Notes: generated by a model not told the origin, from the sequence alone. 57,000 nt of DNA, filler included, from Bipalium vagum (GCA_037834085.1; 3 parts of 3 records of this genome joined end to end with filler, not necessarily neighbours in it); one strand, 5' to 3'; shown: positions 12,900 through 25,865, numbered from the whole stretch's first letter. Translations and numbers: made by a program.

Positions 12900-13350
12900 A
12901 TCATTAGGTTTGTACTGATAATAAGTTTTAGAAAATTTAAGATCTCATCTGTAATTTTTTAACTTTTTTCAAAATATACAAAGTTTAATAAAATCAATAA
13001 ATTTGATAAAAATCTATTACAAAAACATTGATCAATTTTTTCAAAGATCAATATAAAATCATCGTTGAATATATGACACTATCGATTTTGTTCATCCTCA
13101 ATTAACATTATCAGATTGTGCTCTAAAATTTGAATAAATCTTTCTTTTGATTTAAATGAATGAAATCATCGGGCATGCTCCGGGTTTATAAATATCCTTC
13201 TATCACACAAATTATAATCTGAATAATACGTTTATCCCTGTAGTTAAGGGACTTCTTTAATCTTCAGAAAGAATATTAAATCAATATTAATACAATATTG
13301 TTCGGTTTTTCCAGACAGTGAATAAAGCATTTACAAAATCCTGCTTAAAC
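12900..13350 (-). mobile_element. Possible decayed MULE transposase fragment
   Basis: LYSLSGKTEQY and a degenerate P..H..*FH segment resemble the MULE L..KT...Y and CxFH motifs. Confidence 0.25.
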
Positions 13351-13699
13351 CTTTTCTTAATTACGAATTTTTTAACATTTTACAGTTTCAGAGATGGTAA
13401 TATAAAATTTATTTTATATTATAAAAATATATATAAATTATATGAAAACGAATTTTGTTATATTTATAATTGTAATGGAAAGGTTTCCTTAAAACTTGTA
13501 GATTCATTCAATATTTTAACTACTAGATCTTGCTTATTAACCTAAATCTTCGTGAATAAATTTTGCTTAGAAGAATATATTAATTTTGTGCACAAATTTT
13601 GAATGGTTTTTTTTAATAATCTGAAAGAGAAAAGAATCTTTATTTACGTAATTCTTACTGATTTTAATTATGACAATTACTTCTAATTCTTTTTATGAT

Positions 13700-14230
13700 A
13701 CAAACCAAAAAAATCTTGATCATTAGTTTTGGGTGTTTGGCATGGATCATAATTCGAAGGATGCAATATATTTTTACAGTTAGTTGAACATCGAAAATCC
13801 TCGACATACTTTCTCATAGTTAGAGTGATTGTTCAGTAAGATTCAAATATAATTAGTGATAAATGGAAAGAATATTTTCAATTGGCTTAAGACAAAAACT
13901 TTTCACATATAACTGTGAATCATGAGATGAAATTTGTATACAGGGAGACCGGTACTCATACTCAAGGTATAGAATCCGTATGTGGACAGCTATAGAACAA
14001 GATAAATACAATAAAGCGTATATGACTCAGTTCTACAATGTTACCTGTACAAATGGATATTGAGACAAAAACATTCAAAAGAAGAATCCACAAGCAATTT
14101 TTTATTTATTAAATAATAAAGTTTATAATTTTTTTCTTTCAAATTATTTGTTTTATCATGTTTTTATTTGATCACCCTAAAATGTCATTTTTTATTTTGA
14201 ACACGATAGTCAAAAAAAGATGAACCGAAA
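13700..14230 (+). mobile_element. Merlin (IS1016/ISXO2-like) transposon remnant
   Basis: IISDKWKEY, HITVNH and ETGTHTQGIES match the Merlin motifs I.SD.W..Y, H.TVNH and TG.HTQ.IES. Confidence 0.8.
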
Positions 14231-15899
14231 AAAAATTAAATTAAAAATATTAAATACCAAAAAAATATTTTCTATTTTTGAAAAAGAATAAAATCTACTA
14301 ATATTTTTAACTCTATGGTTGGAGTTCGATATCATTGCAGGTGTGTTGTCAAGGTTAATTACATATTCACGAATTTACTACTTTTAATGTTATACAATCT
14401 TTTTAGAATTCAGACTTACAGAGTGATTTTTTAATTAGCTTTTTTGGAAGCGCAGGGACCTTAATAGCGACCACTTTTCTTAAATTTAATTAACATACTA
14501 TATAGTTACAAGAGTAAAGCTAAAAATGAATATTACTTCGAGATTCAATTAATCATTTAAAACAAAAACAAAATATTGCAGCTATTTCAAATGAAATCCT
14601 TAACTAATTCTAATAAATCATACAAAATGTCTTAGGTCAATATTTTTTGGAAAATTATTGTTAATGTCAATATTGATTTGCAATTTTTTAAAAAGATAAT
14701 ACTGTATTTAGCACTATTTATTTTTTGGAAAATATATAATGAAAAAAAACCTCTTTAAGCTGGTAGACAAATAATTTATTTTTTATGCAAAAAATGTGTA
14801 TGATTATTGAATTGTTCAAAAAATCTGAGAAAAATATTATTAACAAAAATTGATCTCCAGAAAGAAATCAACGTAGGAGACAGAACTCTTGAGACGTTTG
14901 TAGAAACGAGAATTAACAATTTATTTTATCTTGTGCAATATTATTTTTAACAGATTATTTTTATTTTCCGATTTTTATTAATAAAATAAATTTATTTAAC
15001 TTGTAAAATTTTTTTCATGAAAAAAAATATTTCTTTTTCTTTTTTCCATTGAACGAATCTTTTAATATTAATTCTAATAATTCTTAACTTCTATTTTTTT
15101 CTTTTAAAATAATTATAAAACTATTTTAATAAAATTAACTGAAAAACTAAAATTAACGATATGAAATCCCCGATTCTTTGTAGATGTCTAGACTCCCAAT
15201 CATATATTTTATAATAAATTTAATTATAAGTATTCGGTGATATTTATATAAAATGATTAAATATTATTTTCTTCAATGTGCAACTATTACAATCGGACAG
15301 CTGCAAATTGAGCAAATAATACTTCTGATTTTATTTGGATTTATTACTTACAGAACACTTATATATTTTGCTTTTATCATTTTTATTATTATTATTATTA
15401 TTCATAATAATATTTATTTATTATAATAATATTTATTTATTATTATTTATTATCATTATTTTTTTTAAATATTTATTATTATTATTGTTATTATCATTTA
15501 TTATTATTATTAATCTTAGAAAATAATTAATTGAAAATGTTAAAATAAAAAAAATTTTGTATCAAAGTTTTTAAATATTATTTTATAATAAATAATGAAA
15601 TCTTTCACATGTTGTCATTGACATTCTTTCCGAATATTTTTTATTACTTCTCATTTTGTTTTTATTAACTAATTTTCTCAATAATTATTAGTTTATATTA
15701 AATTCTTAGAACAAAGTAATAAAAATAGAATTTTTATTAGATTCAGTAATATGTAAATAGATTTTAAAAATGACAAGAAACATTCTTTCTGTACCTTAAT
15801 CAAAAGTGTGAAAATCAATATCCAAAACCATTAAAGAAGCAAAACAAAATTAAAACAGTTTTTTTGAAAATTAAGAAATACTTAATAAAGATAAAACAG

Positions 15900-16655
15900 A
15901 ACCCATATTTCGTGGTCTGGTGCACGGCCTTTATGATACTTTAGCTTGTATATATATAAATAATGACTCGTAAATTTGTACTACTCTTCCTTCTCCAAAC
16001 AGAAGAAATTCGTATTTGTCAAAAACCAATTCATGGGACTTTCAATTTTCCGTACTTTGAAAACCCGGTGTCCTCCTTCGCATTTTTCTGGGACGGTCCA
16101 TTGTCCATAAATATAACAAACGAGTTCATTTGTTAAGGTCTATTGTGAAATCATTAAAAAAGATTTACACCGTGTATGTTTGTATCTCGCAGCACAAAAC
16201 CATTCAGAAAGAGCTTCATTTACTTTTTCATAAGTTTTTCTTAAACATTTAAATTCTTATCGACACTCCTTGTTTTCAGTGCAATTATATATTTGCCATA
16301 TTTAAAAAGTTTTCGCAAATTCACTCACCTTCTCCTGTTCATTTTTCATCATGTTGATTGCTTCATTCTTCTGTTTCAATGATAAATTGTTCATTTTTCT
16401 AAAGGGTATATTAAAATTTTAAAGCTTAACAAAGTAGTTTTTTTAAGAAAATTAATTCCGGTTTCAACAGGTTTATGTACATATATAAATTTTTGAATTT
16501 TTTAAAATTTATTCAGGCTTCCGGGTATCACGGTTTTCCGGCTTCGAAATATGTTTATGTGTAAAATAACCTTAATGAAACTTAGAAAAACTCGGATTTC
16601 CGGTATATACAAATTTTTCTGCTTAAGCGAGTTTCAACTTTGAGAGGTTTCACTG
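15900..16655 (-). mobile_element. pogo/Tigger-like element: left TIR plus decayed CENP-B-type HTH region
   Basis: Minus-strand terminus TA-CAGTGAAACCTC; peptides MNNLSLKQKNEAINMMKN and EALSEWFCAAR. Confidence 0.65.
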
Positions 16656-17184
16656 TATAATAATCAATAAAAAATTGGATTTCGATCAATCAGCTGATTC
16701 ATTAATAATAACTGATTTATTATTTCACATGTGCATAAATTAGTTTAATTTTCAACCCTTTTTCTTTTTCACAGACTTTTTTTAGAAATTTTTTAGATTA
16801 ATTCAAAACTTTTTTATAATTATAACCATATTATTATTTTAATGATAACCAAAGAATTTTAGCAATATTTTATTTATTTTTATTATTTATTTATATTATT
16901 GTTTATGTAATAATTAATATTTGACATGTATAACACACGCATGTTGATAAGAATGACAAAAAAGTTCAAGAAATATTAAAAAACGAGCATAAGTCATAAT
17001 AATAATGTTTTTATATCTGAAAACATTTCTATGTAATAATATTTTATGGTGGCACCAGCGATATTAATATCTGTTGTCTCTATCTATTTCGAACGAAAGG
17101 AAATTGAAGATAAAAAATACTCAAACCTCTTACGACTATTAATTACAAATAATTCCTAAAAATTATTAATTATTAAATCATAAC

Positions 17185-17599
17185 CTTTATGTGATATCAG
17201 AAGTTGACTTTTGTTGTTGTTGAGAAATCCTTTGTGTCCTTCATCAGCATTGTTACTTATGTAAATATCAGGAACCCACACCCTTGAGCTTCGCAGAACT
17301 ATCTCAGTCGGATATGAGGAATCACTGATATTCCATTGTAACCTCTGATCTATCCAATGTAACTTTATAACCAAACTTGAAATGAGTCTTTGATTTTTTT
17401 CATCCAAGTCCACCACAGCATTTAGGATTGCACTGAAAAACAAAACCACTTTTTCCTTGTTTTTTAAAACCGGTCTCACGTTGGAATCATAATTCTTTAA
17501 AATTTGGCTTCTGAGAATATTGGAATTAATTTGCAAAGTGTATTTCAGTGAAATTAAAAACACAATCAATAAAATATATTGATTTATTTTATATTTCAT
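17185..17599 (-). CDS. Cys-loop ligand-gated ion channel (nAChR-like) subunit, exon 1: signal peptide plus N-terminal part of the ligand-binding domain
   Basis: Signal peptide followed by KNYDSNVRPV, VDLDEKNQRL, W-x-D-x-x-L-x-W (WIDQRLQWN) and WVPDIYISNNAD, all hallmark nAChR extracellular-domain motifs. Likely donor AAAG|GTTATG at 17184. Confidence 0.92.
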
Positions 17600-17969
17600 T
17601 GATTCATAAAGTTATAAAAAGAATTATATTTTATTTAAGATATGATTATGATTGGTTTGTTTTTCATCCAATCAATATTTTTCTTTACATTTTTTGGATT
17701 TAAGAATTAACATTTTTATCATTTAATTTAATGATAAATTAAAAATTTATCGTTTTATTTTACTAATTAATGAATTAAAAAATTTAATTTAGGAAGTTAA
17801 TATTTTTTTAGGAAAATATTATAGAAAACCCAAAATATTATGAAAATCCCTTATTCTTATCACAGATCTCAAAATAACATGATCATTAACAGTGATATTT
17901 GAGACTAAATAATATAAAATAAATGAAATTAATATTAAAAATGAATAAAAGAGGATGTTTGGCTCATTA

Positions 17970-18800
17970 ATAGGGCAACCCAAAAGTTGCAAAAAAAAAT
18001 CAAAAGTTGCAAAATTTTTCAAAAAAAGTTGCAAAAAGTTGCAAAAATTATTTTAATATTTTTAATATTTTTAATATTGAGAAAAATGTACAAAAATAGT
18101 CAAAACTTGCTATAAAAGTATTAAAAATAAGAATACTAAAAATTAAAAATATAAAAATATAAAAATATTAATACAAATGAATATTTATTAATAAAATACA
18201 ATTTATTCGTCTAAAATATCTATCTCTTCGTTGTTTATTTATTGAACATTTATTGTGATATCTGTGATTATTGATTGTCCTATTATAAATGATTATGATT
18301 GTAATAAAGTTTTTCTGTGATTGTTTTGATTCACTTTGGTGCTAACTGAGATTAATGGGTTATTTTGACTCAACAGAGAATAGATTTTTGTATTAGATTA
18401 AATTGAACGATCACGATATTAGCGAAGTAAGAAGTTAAATATTAAATATTTCAATAGTGGAAAAGAGTAACAATAAAAATAAAAGAGCATATTGTGTTAC
18501 AGAAAACTCGTCTGGATACATATTTACACGTTACATATTTAGTGGACTTAGCAATTTTCAGCAAATTATTAAATGAAGACTCAAATTTACTGATTAATAT
18601 ATAAAGTATATATATTAACATAAAATTATAAATTAAAATTTTTATAACACAATTTTCTTAACTAATCGAAATATAAGTGTGAAAATCCAATGATTATTTA
18701 AACAAACGAATTTACCTAATTTTCAATTGACTTTATTGACAAAAAAAATTTTCAGACTATAAACCAATAAAAAAATTATTGACTTTCTGGGGACCCTAAT
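17970..18800. mobile_element. Putative non-autonomous DNA transposon upstream of the receptor gene
   Basis: Imperfect inverted ends TAGGGCAACCCAAAAGT and ACTTTCTGGGGACCCTA; four AAAAGTTGCAAAA subterminal repeats. A similar end (TTGACTTTTGGGGGCCCTAATA) recurs at about 52385-52405. Confidence 0.45.
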
Positions 18801-19689
18801 AATCACAAAACTAGAAATGGTAATTTATAATCAAATCATCAATTGATCCCAATTGACAGGAGCTGAAGTTTTGCATTAGTCTGATTAAAGATGATTTCCC
18901 AAATCTGGGGAGTTATACAGAATTATTTTGTTAATTGTCTTTAATTATGAAAATTTTCAGAATACTTATGACACAAGTTAGTGATAAATGATATTTAAAA
19001 TCCTTCTAAATTGAGAACCTGGACCATTTTTTATAATAATAGGTTTTATTTATAATACCCTTCTTAATTTAAAGTTTACTTGGCGGATAATACGAATTTA
19101 ACCTAAAACCAAGACAAAATCAATGGCAAGGTAACAATAAAATTCAACTCACATTTAAGTATCCTCTTGTGTGAATTTATTTCTCTGCTTGAGATAGAAT
19201 AAATGAATATGAATTAATAATAAATAGATAATAAAAAAAATTCACTGAATGTCAAGTTCAATAAAACAAAATCAGAACTTTATTAATAAATTCTTGGATT
19301 AATTAAATTTGATTTGACAATTTGATAATTAATATTTACATAATAATATAATATTGATAAATAGATGGGATTAGAAATACAAATGTGCAAAAAACCCAAT
19401 TTATTATGTAAAATACTCATTAAATTTAATTTAATTTTAAAAATATTATTTAATATTTTTTTATTATTTTGCTATTATTCAAAATATTGATTGAAAAATT
19501 AGGTCGAGCTTTTTGAAAAAGAAAAAATAAAAAACTAAATTGACAAAAAATGTTAACGATATTAATATTGTTATGAATGATCTCCTGACATCTTTTAATC
19601 AACGACAGTACTCAACAGTTGTAGAATTCGGGGGTTAATAGCAATATATGAATTAATGTGACTTCTGATTGATTCTTAATCAGTCGAAG

Positions 19690-20290
19690 ACACCCAAGCA
19701 AACAAACGTTGATGAGTAAGGTATAGTTAATCCAGACCATGAGACAAAAACATCCCATTCAAGTCAATAATTTGTTCCGATTTACTAATGATATATGAAG
19801 TATGATCGTTTTGGTATACAATGCTCTTATGATTTATGGTAGCGTGCACACGTTTCGTGTATTATACTGTTCAACTTGTTTAATTGTAAGTAGTACACAT
19901 CCGAATTAATTGTTTGGTCAGATAATATTATAAATGATAAATTTGAAATCTGATCATCCTGAAACCATTATCTTCTTGAAATACGATCCTGCATTTGATA
20001 AAAATTTTGTTTAATGGTTAATCTGACCGTATGAGCTTGTATGAAAACAATATTGTCTTGGATGACCCAATTTTCACTTGTAACAGTTGTTTACAAACTA
20101 AGTGGCTTTTTTGACCTTTAATCACCGAATCGCATACCGAAAAACTGTCAGTAAATTGGATTATGTTAATTTATGATATATCAAAATATTGAGTCAAGAA
20201 AAAAGACTGGATTAAAACAATGTGAACCATTTATATCAAAATTTTCGCATCTGAACTTAGTAAACCATTTGTTGGGTTTACCAAGACAAC
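19690..20290 (+). mobile_element. Decayed pogo-like DDE transposase
   Basis: TNVDE*GI (N.DETG motif) and a degenerate ENNIVL...FF.PL segment. Confidence 0.4.
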
Positions 20291-20487
20291 CCCCCGGGGG
20301 AAAAATAAATAATAAAAACTATAAATAAGGTATAAATACTAATAATAATATTCATTGAATAAGTCATTAAAAAATTCCCAGGGATTTTATTTTTAAACTA
20401 CTTAAAAAAAAAGATAATCCTCGAAAATAATTTGTATTTTTAAAGCAGCCTAAAAGAGGCATTTTAATAAAAAATAAGGATCATCAT

Positions 20488-20587
20488 NNNNNNNNNNNNN
20501 NNNNNNNNNNNNNNNNNNNNNNNNNNNNNNNTTAATTAATTAANNNNNNNNNNNNNNNNNNNNNNNNNNNNNNNNNNNNNNNNNNNN
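20488..20587. other. Artificial contig linker (44 N + TTAATTAATTAA + 44 N)
   Basis: Exactly 100 nt; the central 12-mer gives stops in all six frames; identical to 40887-40986. Confidence 0.97.
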
Positions 20588-22300
20588 TGCGGTCTTAATA
20601 ATTAATTGATAATAATCAATTTAAACCCTATTGCGGTCTCTACCATATACTTTACAAGGGTTGGTGATGATGTGTCCTTGACTAACCCAACAGTTTTCAT
20701 ATTCAAAATGCTTTTAACAACTAGAATAAAATTTTATATACGTTTTAAAAAGCTCTTAAGACGCCGGTAAAAATAATAAAGGTGAGAAATTTGTATTATT
20801 TCCAAAAATTTTTAACCAATAGAATTAAATAAAACTATTAATTAATTAACGTTTATTTAGTGATAAAAGTGAATTCTTCTCATCACTACTTTCTAATATT
20901 CTTTTTTATTGTTCTCTTGGTAATTCAATTCAACTTCGCTATAGGTGACAGAATACGCATTTTTCAGGACGTCTTCGGGTATCATAAAATGAAGGTGTTT
21001 TATTATTTAAATAATTATTGTTTGTATTTTTGAATATTTATTATATATTAAAGATCTAACCTTGCATTTACAAAGACAAATATACCATATTTTGTTAATC
21101 ACTTTATTTATTCGTGATTCTTTTATTATTTACACTTCCTTCGAGAGAGTTGGTGACCTAGATATAAGTCCCTTGCAACCGTTTAGATAAGCGAGCTAAA
21201 CCGTTACACAAATTAAAATCAAAATAAATTTAAAAAATCAATTTGTCAAAAATAAAATCAAAGTTTGATAATAAGTTTGTTATAAGAATGATCCATGGTC
21301 TTTTGATACTCTTCGTTGAGCAGTATTTTGCAACGATATCCACAGTTAATTAAAAAAGTTTTAGTTGGAAAATAATAAATTTACTTTAAGATTTATATTT
21401 TTCTCTAAAAAATTATTTTTGTCTTGGAATCTACTCACTTATTTGTTATCAATTTTAATATAATTGAACCACAAGGTAATATGAGTTGTAAATCTTTTAA
21501 CAGTTAGATTTATAGTTTAATTAAGTGTAGAAAAATTAAGTCAAAATCCCTAAAAAACCTCAACATAAATATACACTTACTTTTTTCTAAATTAGTTTTA
21601 TAACCTGATAAAACTTTACTGTCTGTTATCAAAATTTATAACAGAGCTAAAATTACATATTTGTACTCAAACAAGTTTTGAAAATAATGCAAAACTAATT
21701 TTATAATTATATATACAGGTCCCAAATTAATTAATAAAATTAATTTTAATTATAATTATCAAAATTTCACATTCTTTTAAAATTATCAGTGAATGAACAG
21801 TTTAGCCATAATTACATTTTCCAACCAATTTAATATTTATACTCAACTTTAGACTCGATACATTACTTTTATAGATTATATTTTTGGAAAATTCTCAAAC
21901 TGAATAATTAATTCTAACATTTTTAAGGATTAAGTTTTAAAATTAAATTAAAAAAAGATGTCAGGAATAATTTTTGTCCAGAATATTCGATAAACAATCA
22001 TTGTGTGATATCGGAGAATCGTGAAAAGAAAAGTTTAATGATACTGAAATAATTAAAAAAATTTAATTAGTGAAAAATATTTTAAGAAATTAAAATCAAT
22101 AATAATCTAATTTTATCTACTTGCAATTTTTTAAAACTCATTTTCACTATATTTTTTCCAAACATTAATCTGAGATTGTTTAAGTTAATAAAATAAAAAA
22201 ATATTATAAATAGTTATAATATTGAAATCTCAAATTAATTAGTTATTAAACAACTTTTTTACATCTTTACTATTAACTTTTTAATATATTTAATATATTA

Positions 22301-22369
22301 ATGGATGTTGTTTCGAATGATGTGTCCACTCTAAATGCTGTATTTAATAAAATCATAATCGATTTAAAA
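22301..22369 (+). CDS. MTSS1: MTSS1/MIM-like I-BAR (IMD) protein, exon 1
   Basis: MDVVSNDVSTLNAVFNKIIIDLK aligns with MTSS1 MEAVIEKECSALGGLFQTIISDMK; GT donor at 22370, 48-nt intron. Confidence 0.9.
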
Positions 22370-22417
22370 GTTAGAAATTTCTATAATTGATTTAAGTTAA
22401 AATTCTTTTATCAACAG

Positions 22418-22479
22418 AACAGTTCTCCAATATGGGAAGATTTTCTATCCAAATCCAATAAACTACACAATGCTGTCAA
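22418..22479 (+). CDS. MTSS1: MTSS1-like exon 2
   Basis: NSSPIWEDFLSKSNKLHNAVK versus GSYPVWEDFINKAGKLQSQLR; CAG acceptor, GTAAGT donor, 54-nt intron. Confidence 0.95.
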
Positions 22480-22533
22480 GTAAGTCCATTTTCATATTTT
22501 TCTAAAGCTGTAAAGAATTGTTATATTTTTCAG

Positions 22534-22692
22534 AAATGTTTTAATATGTTCAAATGTATTTTGGGAGGCTTTTCAAAAAATTGCCGACCTAGCCACTGAC
22601 GCACAGGGAGCAACAAAAGAAATTGGAGTTTCTTTCACCAGACTTTGTATGAGGCAACGTTTAATGGAGAGTAAATTGAAAACATTAAATAA
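22534..22692 (+). CDS. MTSS1: MTSS1-like exon 3
   Basis: FWEAFQKIADLATDAQGATKEIGVSFTRLCMRQRLMESKLK versus FLDAFQKVADMATNTRGGTREIGSALTRMCMRHRSIEAKLR; phase 2 at both ends. Confidence 0.96.
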
Positions 22693-24977
22693 GTAGTTTT
22701 TCTAATTATTAAAAAAAATCAATTTTGTAATAATTAAATTAATTATTAAATAATATTGATCGTACTTGTTTTATCAATTTTATTAAAAATCTACTATATT
22801 AAAAAACGATTTTTTTAAAAAATTTATTGACAATTGTTTTTAAAATTAATCTTTATTTTATTGAAAAAAAATTCCCTTCATTTTGAGATCTTAAAAATGT
22901 ATTTGTATGTAAAAGTGTAAGATAAATATTGGAGAAAATGAGTTGAAAGAGTCAGATGGAATTCAACTTGTGTTATCTTAATTTATGCAATTATATATAT
23001 TTGATGTGGGGCATATGTATTAACACTAATTGGACGATTCCACTGAAAACCAGAAAGGTACATTTCCACATTAAATCATCCACTGAAACACTGCTTCTCT
23101 CTTAGTGCGTGTGTGAGTGTGAGTGTATGTGTTTGTGTTTGTCTGTTTATTCTCGCGTGTACAGATCATCTTTTGAGCATGTCAGCGATTGTTGGCATGT
23201 TGATGCATTTTATTGTTTGGCATAGGTCCAATCGTTTTCCATCACTTTCTACGAAGAAAATTATTTTCTTATTCCCTTTATTTCTTCCTTCTTTCTTAGA
23301 ATATTTGATTTTGAGAACATTTAATATGATTAGAAATTTTTAATACTTCGTATCATGTATGTTCATTCAAAGCGATTTTCAATAGGTAATTTATTGAAAT
23401 TATAATTATCATAGTTTATTGACTCCTTGGATCGATCTGAAGTGTGTTGTATTCAAGAACAGGGTATTATCATTTGATTTCAGGTAGATATAATATTTGA
23501 TATTCAAGCCTCTTTCTAATCTCTTTAGGGTTTTATGTTTCTGTATCTCAGTGTATGTGAAACGAAACTATCGAGTTTCAGAAGATCACATTACTTGAGT
23601 CCTTGATTTTGAACTACTTTTCTTTGATCGGTCTGTTAATTCACGGATTAATACAAGGAATTGTAATTATAAAAAATTAAATGACAATTTTTCATTAGAT
23701 TCAGTCAGAGTTCTTTCTATTTTTCCCCAACGCAACAGTAGTCAAAAATGACTTTACAATAATCATTTAAGGAAGAGATTTTGTTGCTCTTATGACATTT
23801 ATAGTTGTTTTGATCCTTTATATTATTATTATTTCACAAGTTTTCCATTTCTTGCACTTTTACTTTGGTTCAATTTTTTTTTGGAGATCTAAAGGTTGAC
23901 ATTTTGAGTTGATCATTGATCTGTTGATTAAACTCAAAATTAGAATTTAAGTAAACTCTTTCTTACTTACTTTAGAGTTTTCTTTATCCAAATTACCATT
24001 ACAAGGATGGTAATCATTTACAAGTTTTTGCTTAAACAGTTTACCCGCTAAACTCGGGGATTTCTTTTTGTGTCGGACCGCTAACTGTTACCATATTGTT
24101 TCTGTTATGAGCAGATTTTTTCACTCACAGTAATATAATGTGACTTGACAGATCAGATCATAGAATAACATGCAATGCCAATGACACAGAAATCGACAAA
24201 TGATGGAAAATAAGCAGCTGTAACACATGTGGAGTTAGTTCTTCTATCAGTTGGAATAATTGCACCAATCTATAAATAAAAAATAACAGCAGCCAATAAA
24301 GTGTATTTTGACTGGGAAGTCAGAGAAATTTTCTACAATAAATTATGACAATTGTAAATAAAGCGAAAAGTGAAGGATTTCTTTCTTAAAATTCATTGAG
24401 AAAAAAATTGAAGAAAATTATAAATTTACTTTTTATATTGTTTGAATGAATAAATATTTATAATAAATAAAAATATATGAATTACCGCTTTTTATATATT
24501 TTATACATTTGAATCTATTGTATGAAAGCAAGAACACAAAAGCCGTAAGAAAACTGTATTTATTTATTCAAACAATGGAAACAATGTAAGTTAACATGTT
24601 GCCGTTTTTAATGAACTGTTAATAATGATTTTTTTACTAACAAACATTCTGAATTTTTTAAAAAATATTTTTCTTATATTTTTTTAAAAATTCTTACAGA
24701 AGTGCATATTGATTTAGTGATATTGATAAACAATAGTGAAAATTTGAAGGTTCTTATCAAAACAAATGATATATGTATTGATTGTTGTGATCCGAAATTA
24801 AAAGTGATCAAACTTTTTAGCTCTAAGTTCTTATCTAATCTGATATTTTGTAATTTTTAACATTAGAACCGTTTAGTTGTACCGGATTAAAAATTGAACT
24901 AGAAACTGTTATTAAATGATCTGAAATAATAAAAGTTATCACATATTGTCTTCAAGATCTTTAGGGAAATTTTGATA

Positions 24978-25407
24978 TTAGGGTGGTCGGGAAGTCTTTA
25001 GACTAATTTAAGGTAAATCCAAAAACTTCATAAAATATATCAAACAAAGTTTTATTCTTTAAAATATAGTCCATTGTTCTCAATAATGTCCTGCCATATT
25101 TCCGGAAGCTGGTTGATTCTTCTGACACACCATGCAGTCTTTGGAAGCGAAAAATTATCGACAGGCATTTTCGATCTCGTCAACCCAAGCCAAGAAGTGT
25201 TCCGTAGGAAATGTGCCATTGACATGAATAGATGGTGATCAGAAGGCACTAGGTCTGGACTGTAGGCTGGATGAGGGAGAAGATTAAATTTTTTAATTTT
25301 GGGCTTCAATTTGATATATAAGACTTACTAATAATTTGTTAAAGCAAAAATAAAAATTAGCAACACTAAGTTCCCAATAAATAGTTTAAAGACTTTGACC
25401 ACCCTAA
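24978..25407 (-). mobile_element. Internally deleted mariner (430 bp) with both TIRs and TA target-site duplication
   Basis: TA-TTAGGGTGGTC...AAGTCTTTAGACTA at the left end and TAGTTTAAAGACTT.GACCACCCTAA-TA at the right end; internal HPAYSPDLVPSDHHLF (mariner YSPDLAPSD motif). Confidence 0.92.
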
Positions 25408-25494
25408 TATTTAGCGATTTTACATTTATTGTCCTCCATAACTCAATAAATACAGTCATTTTGAGTCTATTTTACAAGAGACATTTTTATTTAG

Positions 25495-25651
25495 TCACTT
25501 AATTGGGAGTCTGTCAAATCCAGTTCAAGATAAACTAGAGGAGTGGAAGCGGTATATAAATCAATTGGACAAGGATCGAATAAAGGAAACTAAGAAAGCA
25601 AAAAATGATTGGAAAAAAGCAACTGGTGAATCTACAAGATTGCAAAAAAAG
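25495..25651 (+). CDS. MTSS1: MTSS1-like exon 4
   Basis: HLIGSLSNPVQDKLEEWKRYINQLDKDRIKETKKAKNDWKKATGESTRLQKK versus ALIDCLINPLQEQMEEWKKVANQLDKDHAKEYKKARQEIKKKSSDTLKLQKK; splice phases are compatible. Confidence 0.95.
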
Positions 25652-25865
25652 GTCTTTTTCTTTATATATGTTTACGTTTTGTAGTAAATATAAATAACAG
25701 AGCATAAAATTGATTCGTCAATTGTACTAACTATTTTTGTTGATTTATTGGAAAACTATTTCGGAATTGTCAAGAGATGAAAATGAGCTTATCACAAAAT
25801 TGATCTTCTGATTTTATTTGGCTTAAGTCAATAGTAAATTATATTTTTTATAAATTTAAATCGAT

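Noticed and set aside
12795-12900. Hydrophobic minus-strand peptide ending in a stop, as a possible receptor M4 exon
   Set aside because: There is no DR motif and no intervening exons; hydrophobic peptides arise easily from AT-rich DNA.
20532-20543. TTAATTAATTAA palindrome as a biological motif
   Set aside because: It is centred in N runs of fixed length, so it is an assembly linker.
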